Origin: Ginglymostoma cirratum
Taxonomy: Eukaryota
Reading direction: 5' to 3'
DNA: 64,000 nucleotides
Assembly: GCA_024137785.1 (NCBI GenBank)
Contig: JAHRHZ010000016.1
Coordinates: forward strand, 40,260,998 to 40,324,997
Part shown: positions 52,108 through 63,453 of the stretch, piece by piece
Position numbering within the stretch: the first letter of the stretch is position 1
Layout of the letters: each line of letters opens with the position of its first letter
The notes under the pieces: generated by a model
What the model was told of the DNA's origin: nothing
Database searches by the model: none
Seen by the model: the letters and a program-made list of their open reading frames with translations, nothing else
Translations under genes and position numbers: made by a program

Positions 52108-55100
52108 TAGGCTATTAGTGGGATTTAGTCAAGGGTTGAAACAAATGAGTCTCTGGCAATCTTGTGTGGTGACTGGATGAGTGAAAAGGTTCATTAAGGT
52201 GTTTCTTGCTGGTAATAATTGCATTTGGAAAATTCAAATTGGATGAAATGGTTAATGAAGGACCTTAGACGATTTAGCCTGGCATAATGAAGAGTGGTGG
52301 AAATTAATTGGAAAGCTGAGAGGAACTTTGGGATTTATTATATTGTGCCTTTAATGTCTGTAGTATTGATTTAAAGTGAAATTTATCTTTTACATTCAAG
52401 AAAAGCAAATGTTTTATTGACTGGCACCTATGGGACCAGGAGTGTGCCAGTTGATCAAATATTTTGGTTGATCCAGAGGTCCACATAATTATTGTAAAGA
52501 AATAGAAATGTAATGCAGTGGGTATACATATCAATGTTTAACAGTAGTTATAGATTAAATCACTTAATTAATAATGCAACTTTGCCTTAAATAAAATTAA
52601 CGCCAGGGAACCTTCTCACTCACACCCTCACCTGATTACTTGGACATGGTGGAGATTGCAATAATACAGTAAACTTCTGGTATTTCAGGTAGATAATTTT
52701 TGCCAGTTTATCGAGAGTGCCAGTTAAAAACAAAGTTTGCTGTATTATTTATCTGTTAGTCAACTGATGTCTGATGTCTGATTCTAACAGTGTAGCAGAA
52801 TTTAATGTCCTTCCTTGAGGGGAGTTTGAAGTTGGGTAGCAGAATCCACTTCCAGTATCATCTTCCCCAGTGAAATGTCCCCAGCCTCAAGTCCTTGACC
52901 TGGGAAGGTCTGCCTCTGGCTGCTGTTTGTCTGGCACTTAAACTGTAGATTTTTTCCTAAAGGATGTAGGGCGGGGCTCTTGCCAGCTCTCTAGCTGTCA
53001 GGGGGCACTGTTGTATAGTGTAAATTCCAACCTCTGACAAAAATGATATGGCAAAGTTAGTACAGGTTTTCTTATATCATATTATCACAATATGTGTGTG
53101 TGTGTGTGTTTCAAGCTATTAACCAATATAGTTCAAAGTGTGACATTGGAGTGACAGCTAAGATCCCTGCTGCAAACACAAGTTCCTCGGGGCAATGCTA
53201 TTAAGCTTTATAATTGTGTAGAACTGTGATGCTGTCACAGCCCGTGTCAGAATTAAGCTTGAGTTAGTGTCCGTGCACAATAAATATTTTATACCCTGCA
53301 CTTTAAGGGCAGTCCTTCTCATTCCATTAGCTAGAAACGATTGAGATATTAGACTACATATCACAACTGATTCCGTGAATGTTCTTTGCAGTTTTAAAAA
53401 TTTTATATGAACCTTGTATGTTTTGTATCCTTCAATCCAATATTTAATGCCTATTTGTTATTGTATCAATAAAACAGAATAAAAAAGAAAAAAGTGAAGT
53501 ATATTTTTTCGTTTGCATTAGTTGTTAATTTGTCATTAAACATATAATAGTTCTTTTTAGTGATTTTTTTCCACATTGAAGGTAAGAGGTGTTAGTATGT
53601 GGAATGGAGGTGAGAGTGATCAATTATCAGGATTAAGCATTCCCAGGCCAGATGAACTTTGAGTTCAATGCAGGCAAAGAATTATTTTCTTCAGACTTAA
53701 CCATGTCTCTTAACCCCAATAAGATTCTATTTAAAACAGTCTTATAAATAAACTGTTTGTGTGGATTCATCTTCATTAGAAGTGGACTGAGGTTAACCAA
53801 ACTCTTTTCACTTTCAATCACTTTGGCCATATTGGAATGTTACATCTCAGAAATCTGTAATGGATTTGAACCTCGTTCCCAGTGATAAAAATACTTAGTT
53901 TCTCCCCTCTTTTAGGCAGCCCCTAAGGAACAGAATATGTTGTGGGTCCTGAGCTGGCTAGATGGTTCGATACTACATCTGTAAACTCTGCTGGCTGGTG
54001 TATGCTGAGGTGGGTGAGTGGGTTTCTCAGGTCTTTGCACCATCTTGTGTTTCTTCCCATTGGCTTCCGTCTGAACCTATCAGAGGCGCTTGAAATTGTT
54101 GGCCCTTTGGCAGATGCTACTACGCCACAATTTTGGGTTCGACATTCCCACAAGTCAGTGAAGCTATTTTTCTGGGAGGCTTTGAGGATGTGATTGAATT
54201 GTTTCCTTTGCACACCTGGTGAATTTACCATGACAAAGTTTGGAGAAGTTAATCACTATACCACACTCCCACTTTATTTTTGTTCAGATGCAATGCTACT
54301 TTCATTCTCAGATTTTATTTTGAACATTGTCGAGATGTTATTATAATGAGGAATTTAGGTTGTAGACAGAATCAGAATAAAATGTAGTCAGGCTGTGATA
54401 TCTTGCCACAAATACAATATAATTAAAAGGAACACCTTAGAACTGTGTATCCAGATTATGTAACTTTCACACACGGCAATGATGTTCTGTACTCAAGCTC
54501 TGGTCCAAATGACCCATGATTTTTTCCTCTACAGACCTTTTAATTTTGCTTAATTTTCCCACTTTAATTCCTTCCTTTTTTAGTTACTGAATGAGATAAT
54601 GTCACATTATAATGCTCTGGGTTACACACAGCCATGTCTCTGGGGAATGCATTGGTTAGAGAAAACATACACTGATCAACCGATGTATATTTTGCCAAGA
54701 GGAATGGCAAAAGAACCATAGATCATACAAGGAAACGCGCACTGACTCTCCCCATGACTGCCCAGGTACACCTGACAAAACCTGAACAAGCCATGGCACT
54801 ACCTAACTGAGTACCTGACTAATCCACCACACGATTGCACATCTCAAACAAAGTTGAAAGTCACTTCTAACCTGACTCGATCCACTCCCTCCAATCCACT
54901 TACCCACCTGCCACCTTACACATTTGTTGCCTTACCCACTACTTGCCACACTGTCCATTTACCTCACCCACCTTATTGACTTAGCCTACTCAAATAATCA
55001 CTCATTCACCTATTCACTAATTTTCACATCGGATATTTAAACTTATTTTAGCTGGTGCCTTCAAATGGCGGTGGGGGGGGAGGGGGATGGTGTTGGTGAT

Positions 55101-55339
55101 GGTGGTGGTGGTGATGGTGTGTGGGCATGTCCAGTCTGCTCTGCTGACATCATTTTGCTGTGATGAAGCCCTTTGTGGGACTGAACACTTTGCAATTCTG
55201 TGTAAACTGGGCTTGATAGCGCACCATCGAGGTATTGAAATGTTTGAGCTGAGACAATCTGCCAGTGATTGCCAATTTGTCGAAGATTCGGGCTAACATT
55301 TTCTCTGCATACCATGGGTTTTTATGATGCTGAATGTAT

Positions 55340-55500
55340 GGAATTGCAGATTCAATAACTTTCAAAATGGATTTGGATCAATACATGAAGGAAAACCTTG
55401 TCAGATTATAGGGAAAATATGGGGAGTGGGATGAATTGGATAGTTTTTTTTCTGAGGCTGGCCTAGGCATGATGATTGAATAGTTTCCATCAATTCTTTG
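55340..55500 (+). mobile_element. Old CR1 3' fragment
   Basis: gattcaataactttcaaaatggatttggatcaatacatgaagg...ggggagtgggat. Confidence 0.55.
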
Positions 55501-55924
55501 TCAAGAAATAAAGACTGTCAAAAATAAATATTTTTCCATAATTTGATGGTCAGAGGGAAAATAATAATTTGGTTTCAGATAATAATAGAAAAACAAACGA
55601 TGTAATACTGCCAAAATAGGAGACATCTCTTTTTCGTTTCTGGCTCCATTAAAAATCAAATACATGCCATCACCCCCTCAAAAGTTAGGTCAGGCTCTGA
55701 GAAACATAAGGAATATAACCAAAGCATTGTGCTCATTTGATTCATCCATGAATCTAAATCTTCATAGAGGTTTTGGGATTCCGATCAAACTAGATATAGT
55801 CACATATTTGACAGTATTGATCAGCCCTACGAAGTGATCCCATTCAAATAGAAAATGAGAATGTTTGACCTGTCTTACAATCCCAGTCACTGTGACTGAC
55901 TGGGACAAATGAATGTGTTTAACT

Positions 55925-56135
55925 GTAACTGGTAGTGTTCTTACCTGTAGGTCTGAAAGGTCTGGTTTCAAGACACACCTGCCCTGGATATGTCTGTCAT
56001 AGCTTGTGTGAGCAGGTTGTTCAAATATAATAGGGTCATGTGACACAGTGGTAAGTGTTGTCCAGAAGGCCTGTGCTCATGCCCTCTACATCCACAGGTG
56101 TATCATAGCATGTTTCAGCAGGGTGATTAAAATAA
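55925..56135 (+). mobile_element. Two head-to-tail copies of a ~105-bp tRNA-derived SINE
   Basis: Both show tggta(a)gtgtt...aaggtctggtttcaag / aaggcctgtgctcatg...tcatagc.tgt...gcagg.tg.tt; third copy inverted at 56588-56700. Confidence 0.55.
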
Positions 56136-56587
56136 TCATGACGATAGCACAAAGCCATATAGACAAGTGGGGCTACCACCAAATGTCAGAGTGATTACAT
56201 GTTCATGCAAATTCTGTAGGAAAACTCCTCCAGAGTTGTGTAGCATCCAGGCTATAGCAGCAAGTTTTGATTTGAGCAGTTATATTTCTCATTGTGAAAT
56301 CATTGTCAGTGGTTAAGAGATGGGGTTAGGTAAGCTGCAAATGTTATTATATAACAAGACTCTATAAATGACAACCCTACCATCTGCAAAACCAAGAGAC
56401 AGACTCTTAACAGCCAAGGGATCAAAGGTTGAGCTGCTTTTCTTCCGAATGCAAGTAAGTGTAAATTGACCGCTCGTTTATACATTTGAACTAAAGCAAC
56501 TCATAAATTTTTATATCAAATCTCTTGATTTATTTAATCATTAATGGATTAGAGTTCTTTACAAAAATCACGGGTTGATTTCTTTCC

Positions 56588-56700
56588 CTCTAATCAACCT
56601 GTTCTATGATGTTATTACCGATCTCTGGAGCAGTTGGGCCTTGAACACAGGCTTCCTGGCTCAGGGATAGGGACACTAGCACTGCACCATGAGAGAACCC
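56588..56700 (-). mobile_element. Short tRNA-derived SINE
   Basis: Minus strand catggtgcagtgctagtgtccctatccctgagccaggaagcctgtGTTCAAggcccaactgctccagag...gaacaggttgattag (A/B boxes). Confidence 0.65.
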
Positions 56701-57299
56701 TCAACAGGTCAGATTTTTAAACCACCCTCACAATATGGGAATGGAGGTGGGGAGGATGGGACAGCAAACCCAGTCTTCTCCCAAAAATGGCCAATTCAAA
56801 TCATTAAAAAACTTGTGAAGAGATGGAGTGGGGAGGGTGCACCATTTAAAAGGGAGCGGGAATTTCAGAACTGGACAGATTTTGAACAGCTAAGGGAAGG
56901 CAAGCCAGTCACAATGGCCAAGGGCATCACATCAGCCCTATAAGGTCATCAAAACAGAAGGGCACTTAGCACCTGTGTAAATAGGTGCCCTTAGCTTTGT
57001 GCAGGTGGCATGGAAAGTGGGCACACTCCTCTCAGGCATCAAACAGGGCTGCCACAGCCTGGCAGTCTGGGGCCAGGAGATCAGGGGCATGGCCGTCAAT
57101 CACAATCGAACAGTCATATGTCTGAAAGGAAGGCTCCAGATGGCATCAGGCCATGACTGTCAGATTTTGGGGCCAACGGCAAAGAGGAACAGAATCCTAC
57201 ACAGCATGGGCAAAACCTTACATATTAAAAGGAAATGGAAGAGGAAAGAGGGGCAGAAAGGCAACACAGCATGGGATCGATTACGGAAAGAAGACAAAG

Positions 57300-58290
57300 C
57301 TACCAGTGGATGACTGAGACCCAACGTCGCAGTGATGCTCACAGGATGGTCATAGACATCTGTATCCTTCTCATACCTGGTACCTCACACCTCGTGGAAC
57401 TGGTCATCATACTCTGGCAGTAACTGTCAAAATCTCCATGGCCCTGAACATTTTCACTTCTGGACCCTTTCAATAATCAGACATTGGTGACATCTTGCAA
57501 ATGATTGCACCTCATTGGTTAATGGTGCACTCTTTCATCATTCACTGTCCCCATGTGGCTACCACTACCTCTGTGTCCAATTGGGCTGTGACCATAACAC
57601 AGTTTCATGTGTTTAATTGAGACCATAACATCATGTGTATACTCAGTCTCTTGGCAGCCACCATGGCCCTTTCATCCTGTGCCTATTCTTTGCTTCAGCC
57701 CCTGAGTGTGTTGATGGATCAAAGGGAATAATCATACCATAGAATCCCTAGAGTGTGGAAACAGGCCCTTTGGCCCAACAAGTCCACACTGATCCTCAGA
57801 GCATCCCACCTGGGCCCATCCCTCTATAACCCACCTAAACTACACATCTCTGAATACTATGGGCAATTTAGCATGACCAATCCACCTAGCCTGCACATCT
57901 TTGGACTGTGGGAAGAAACTGGAGCACCTGGAGGAAACCCACGCAAACACAGGGAGAATGTGTAAACTCCACACAGTCGCCCGAGGGTGGAATTGAACCT
58001 GGGTCCCTGGCGCTGTGAGGCAGCAGTGCTAACCACTGAGCCACCGTGCCACCCCCAATAAGGAATATCCTCAAAGTAGCTATTCATCCGTTTCAAAGGG
58101 GCCCAGACGGAAGTATGGAAGCAACACAGCTAACGCAACCTGTTCAGTAGGACAACACTACGCTTTTGAAGATGTAGTTCCACTGCCTGGATCAATCAAT
58201 ACACTCCAGCAAGGCTCACAATCATTGGGTTGGTTCATCCCACATTGCAATACATGGCTTAATAGGGATATGTGGGTCTTGAGTGTTAGG
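57300..58290 (+). mobile_element. PIF/Harbinger transposase remnant interrupted by HE1
   Basis: VKISMALNIFTSGPFQ (N-terminal HTH region) at ~57427; LLKM*FHCLDQS..YTPAR at ~58160 (C-terminal DDE region, cf. LLKMRFRCLDRS). Confidence 0.65.
57732..58055 (-). mobile_element. HE1 SINE, full length
   Basis: Minus strand ggggtggcacggtggctcagtggttagcactgctgcctcacagcgccagggacccaggttcaattcc; tail ttctatgg/tatga. Confidence 0.92.
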
Positions 58291-60507
58291 AGGGCCTTGA
58301 AGGAGTCAGAAATGAGGCAGGAAGAGGAAGAGAATGATGATGAACATAGAGTTGCCCCTGCTGCTTAATAAGGTGGCATTCCCTGCCACTCTTGAAGGAC
58401 AGGATCTCTTGCACAGCATCCAAAGTTGTATTCAGGTCATCATCGATGAAGTGAAGGTCTGACCTGCCTTGGGTGCCAGGCCTGTGACACACCATTGACA
58501 TCTTACAGTGCAGTTTGTATAATTAGACACAAGCCACAGAAGTCTCCCTCAAGACAACCAGCAGCCTCACTGAAAACTGCTACAAGGTTTTCAACACTTC
58601 ATCAGTCACCTCCATTCCAATTCCCACTGGTTCAAAATGTGCAGGCACACAGTCTCCATATGAAATAAGGGCTCACACTTGTGAACATCTGAAATAGAAT
58701 CAGCTTTCCATTGGAGGCATGCTTCTGTCTCTAAAAGCTCAACCAGTTTGTGATTTCCTGTCTCTGGGATGAAAGTTCATCCTCTTTTATTGCATTTGAA
58801 AATCTGTTCTGACTTGTATACTATTCTGTCAAAGTTCACCCATATAGGTGAAATATCATAATTATTACCAGTCTCCACTTTATCCACCATGATGCATATT
58901 GCAGAAATATTTTCACACTGAGGCTAATCAGGCTAAATACCAGTGTATATGATTCTGGAGTCAGGATATGGGGCCAATTTTAGTAACGTAAATCTAGAGA
59001 ACAAGTCTCATGGATTTGTTGCCTGAAGGAGTTCTATATAAAAGCACAGCTTCTTTTGAATTTAAAATGATAGTTTTCTGTTGTAATGTAAAGATAAAAG
59101 CCCCTTCTGAATTTATTGCTTATAAGCAAGGCAATTTTTATCAGTATCAAATGAAACTGAAGGAAGGTGGCTCATGTAGCTGTGGTTGATTACATGCTGG
59201 TAAAGGGCAAAAACACTTTGAAGTGTCAGGCCTCACTGCTTCAAAAAAATAAGAAATCACCGAACCATAAAAGTTGTTAAGAACAAAATCAAAGACATGT
59301 ACTGTGATTCGATCACACACTTGCAGACTCCTTTTTTCTATACAGTTTATTTACAAAATGTATTAAAATTCCTTTCTTTTACAACACCTCATTACTGAGA
59401 CTCAGTAAATGATGTCCAATCATGCATTTTTATGCTTTAAATATTTGCTATTTTGCTTGTTAACATTTCTGTGTTTGCTGAAGTGCAGTTTTAACAAAAA
59501 ATTTTTTTAAGTGACTACAGCTTAACTTCTATAGCTTGAAGTTAATAGCAGGAAGTGTAGGCAATCATGCAAGTTTAAAAAGAATGAAAATAACTCAAAT
59601 CCTTCACCTCTATGAAGTTGATCACTCTTGAAAACTGACACAAGTTGATAAATCTACATTGGTTCTGTTCATATAATCCTTTAAAAAATTATTTTTTTGT
59701 TTTCCTATAGATACTTTATCTGTGGAGCTTTGATTAACCCTTTCTCACCTGATCAATTCACTCTTGATTCAAATTAAATCTTCTCAATAATCAGACACTT
59801 GAAAATATTCAGGGAGGAAATGGTTAAACACATTTGCTCCTATATAAAAGTAGGCCATTTCATTGTACATGATTGTTCACATTCTGTTTGACATCTTGAT
59901 AGCCGCTTTCTTCTCCTCCACACAGATTGGATGCTAACCCACTGAATTTCCATCTTGTAATATTAACAGAGGTAATTAGTATGTAGGTACTTCACTGAAC
60001 AGCCTGAATTTAATTAAAAAAAACTTACAATTATGGTTCTTCTCTCACAGAAAAGATATCATGTAAGAATTTAACCTTTGTACTTGGCAGGAATTATGTA
60101 ATTTTTAAAATTGCCATTATTTGTTAGTGAATCATTCATTAAAGGAACAGATTTTATACATTTAATTTATGTTGCACATTTCTTTCAAGTTCCTTTCCAA
60201 TTTTTAATTTTATTTGGTACAAGGAAACTACCTTGGCTCTCAAAGTGATAAATTTCAATATTATTGTTCAGATATTTTATACATGAAACCTTTTCTCTGC
60301 AATAGTTGTGTTATCAAATGATGGCTTTTTGCTGAACTAAATTGATTTTATTTCAGTATATAATTTCACAGAGAAGCTTGATTCATTTTTTAAACTCTGT
60401 CCTGTATTTTCAAGCAAGCTAGACTCTTATTGTGATTCAGAATGATGAGTTGCATTGTTGTGATTCTCCATTATGTTCCATAAGGCACTGAAGGAGTATT
60501 CAGTTTT

Positions 60508-60672
60508 TTATGAAAAGTCTGGTGCACCATCAGCCACTCTGGTACCATGTCTGACACCTGGTACAGCGTGCGGTGACCGCAGGTAGTCAGGGGTCATGGC
60601 ACGGCCGTTTTCTCCAATGCTCCCAAATATGGACAGTGTTCCTTTATTTTGCGTGGCATCAGTGTAAGTGAG
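60508..60672 (-). CDS. Candidate terminal coding exon of an unidentified minus-strand gene (54 aa plus stop)
   Basis: Strong acceptor ttctttttttcccacttctctgtaacacAG; phase-0 frame LTYTDATQNKGTLSIFGSIGENGRAMTPDYLRSPHAVPGVRHGTRVADGAPDFS*; GC/CpG-rich patch in AT-rich unique DNA; minus-strand AATAAA motifs downstream. Confidence 0.55.
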   Translation of the reverse strand, partial: LTYTDATQNKGTLSIFGSIGENGRAMTPDYLRSPHAVPGVRHGTRVADGAPDFS

Positions 60673-61471
60673 CTGTGTTACAGAGAAGTGGGAAAAAAAG
60701 AATATATACTATTAAAAATTAAAGTCTTAAGTACATCACAGCAAAGTTTATGGGTTGACTGACAAATGAATGCTTTGCTTGACACATTGATTTCCAAAAT
60801 GTGATGCAGTTCCCATAGTGCAATGAAAATGTCTGATAAGTTGAAACAAAACACTGAAAAGGAGTCAAAGTAAATTAGATTACTGACTGTCTAAAATTAA
60901 TGCATTTCCAGTCATGCATTGTAATATTTTCAAAGAGATTATATGCAGTTCCATGCAGCACCAAACTTGGCATAATTATAGCAAAAGTTATTATAGAATT
61001 GCTTATAGAATTGGACACAAAGATTTGTAGACTTCACAACTGCTGTTAAAATTATGAACAGCCAAGGGTGGGTATCACTAACAGCTGTAGATCTTCTATG
61101 ACTCAGATACCTCGAAGGTAATATAAAAGACCTAAAAATATTTAATTTGCTCATTCAGACTCCACTCATGTCAAATTTTAATTTAGTCTGATTAGTACAG
61201 CTGCTGTTAATGCCGGTCACTTCTATCCCAGCAGAGACTATCCTTCACATCACCTGTCATAGATATCTGAGTTTAGAATTGTGAATTCACCCGTTCCCCA
61301 TTCTTGTCTGAATTGAGACTTGCAGAAAAATTATTTTCCTTTTAATTTATTTTAGTTTGTGACAAATGGTAATTTTTCGTAATATATACACCTCATGATT
61401 CCACTGCAGAAGAGCTTTGGTTCTATCTTGATCAAATGCACATTTTTAAATTATGCCTGTGGCTTTTATCC

Positions 61472-62170
61472 TCAAATCTCACTCCAGGGACTTGAACATA
61501 AACATCTAGGGTTTTTAAAATATTTGTTAATGGAATGAGGGTGTTTCTGGTTGGGGCAGCATTTGTCACAATTCTTAATTGCCCTTGAGAAAATGGTTGG
61601 GAGTCGATTTCGTGAATTCCTGCAATCTGTTTGGTGCAGATAGATTGACAAACCTACTAAGGAGGGTGTTCCAAGATTTTGATTCAATGACACTGAAGGA
61701 ACGGAATATTTCCAAGTCAGGGTGTTGGGTGGCTTGGAGGGGACCGTGAAGATAGTATCTTCCCATGTATCTACTGTCCTTGTCCTTCTAGATGGTTGTG
61801 GTCATGGACTTGGAAGACGCTGTCTATGGAGCCTTGGTGAATTTGAAGTGCATCTGTGGTTACTACACACTGCTGCTACTGAGCTTTGGTGGGGGAAGGA
61901 GTGAATATTTGTGAATGTGGTGCCATTCAAGCGGGCTGCCATGTCGTAGATGGTGTCAATCTTCTTGAATAGTGCTGCGGACAAGTGGGATGTATTCCAT
62001 CACACTCCTGACTTGTGCCCTGTAGACTGTGGACAAGGCTTGGGGACTCAGGGGGCAAGTTACTTGCTGCAGAATTCCTGGGCTCTCACCTGCTTTTATA
62101 GCCAATGTATTTATGCAGCATTGCAGTTTTAATGAAGTGCCTCACTGTTAGAGGTGCTGTCTTTAGGAGT
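61472..62170 (+). mobile_element. DeuSINE (SacSINE1/AmnSINE-like) fragments split by a LINE (61472-61510 and ~62133-62170)
   Basis: tcaaatctcactccagggacttgaacataaacatctagg ... gtgcctcactgttagaggtgctgtcttt resembles the recalled DeuSINE 5' region. Confidence 0.4.
61511..62130 (-). mobile_element. LINE family B 3' part
   Basis: gcatttgtcacaattcttaattgcccttgaga...tgtggacaaggcttggggactcagggggcaagttacttgctgcagaattcct. Confidence 0.8.
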
Positions 62171-62701
62171 GTGAGTGCTCAGCCATTCAAGATCATAATT
62201 GATATTCTAGCAACACCATATTCTCACACTATACCCATATTCCTTGATGTCACTCATAACTAGAAATCTATCAATTGCTATCTGGAACCTACTTAATCAC
62301 TGAACATTGATAGCCCTCTGGGGTAGAGAATGCCAATCATTCACTACCCTGAGAGAAGATGTTCTTCCCTGTCGCTGTCCTAAAATGCTTGCTTTTTATT
62401 CTGAGATTTGTGTCCTCTGGGTCTAGAACCCATAGTTCGGGGAAGCTTACTTTTTATGTCTACCCTGTCTACCCCTTTAAGATACGCGATCGGCTCTCAT
62501 TTTTCCAAACTCCAGAGAATCTCGATCCAGTCTCCTCAAAGATCAGTCTCGCCATTCCAGCAGTCAGTCTGGTGAACCTCTGTTGCACTTCCAAGATGGG
62601 CAGTATATATTCCTTAGGCAAGACGGCCAGATCTGCTCACAATACTTGCGCACGTACGTGCTAGCTTTCAGTGATGAGTAAACCAAACAAAGCTACTTAG
62701 A

Positions 62702-63453
62702 GATAAAAGGTACTGCAGATGCTGGAGAATCCGAGATAACAAGCATGGGGCTGGATGAACGCAGCAGGTCAAGCAGCATCATAGGAGCAGGAAAACTTGA
62801 CGTTTCGGGCCTAAACCCTTCATCAGAAATCATTTCTGATGAAGGGNNNNNNNNNNNNNNNNNNNNNNNNNNNNNNNNNNNNNNNNNNNNNNNNNNNNNN
62901 NNNNNNNNNNNNNNNNNNNNNNNNNNNNNNNNNNNNNNNNNNNNNNNNNNNNNNNNNNNNNNNNNNNNNNNNNNNNNNNNNNNNNNNNNNNNNNNNNNNN
63001 NNNNNNNNNNNNNNNNNNNNNNNNNNNNNNNNNNNNNNNNNNNNNNNNNNNNNNNNNNNNNNNNNNNNNNNNNNNNNNNNNNNNNNNNNNNNNNNNNNNN
63101 NNNNNNNNNNNNNNNNNNNNNNNNNNNNNNNNNNNNNNNNNNNNNNNNNNNNNNNNNNNNNNNNNNNNNNNNNNNNNNNNNNNNNNNNNNNNNNNNNNNN
63201 NNNNNNNNNNNNNNNNNNNNNNNNNNNNNNNNNNNNNNNNNNNNNNATTTCTGATGAAGGGTTTAGGCCCGAAACGTCAAGTTTTCCTGCTCCTATGATG
63301 CTGCTTGACCTGCTGCGTTCATCCAGTCCCATGCTCGTTATCTCGGATTCTCCAGCATCTGCAGTACCTTTTATCTCTGATACAATTTTAACCCCACTGC
63401 GAAGCCTCTTCTAAGGATTTCTGATGAAGGGTTTAGGCCGAAACGTCAAGTTT
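62702..63453. mobile_element. Young PLE family 1 fold-back/tandem unit with three HHR motifs and 15-bp TSD (400-N gap inside)
   Basis: CTGATGAa-gggtttaggccc-GAAAcGTC on the minus strand at ~62798-62826 and on the plus strand at 63251 and 63421; TSD acaaagctacttaga at 62687-62701 and 63454-63468. Confidence 0.92.
63248..63284 (+). ncRNA. Minimal type I hammerhead ribozyme motif
   Basis: ttt CTGATGA a GGGT-ttag-GCCC GAAA c GTC aagt: catalytic core, 4-bp stem II, palindromic ACGT stem III (dimer type), short stem I. Confidence 0.8.

Noticed and set aside
53923-54231. 102-aa minus-strand ORF in unique sequence
   Set aside because: No recognisable domain, in-frame stops just upstream and no convincing splice acceptor; not supportable without expression data.
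59711-60062. Several plus-strand acceptor/donor pairs (59711, 59925-59970, 60051-60062)
   Set aside because: Common by chance in AT-rich DNA; no coherent reading frame links them.
60485-60582. Plus-strand reading ALKEYSVFYEKSGAPSATLVPCLTPGTACGDR as an exon
   Set aside because: Weaker splice signals than the minus-strand model; probably the antisense shadow of that exon.
60640-60672. TYTDATQNKG resembles cytochrome c (FTYTDANKNKG)
   Set aside because: Similarity stops after ~10 residues; treated as chance.
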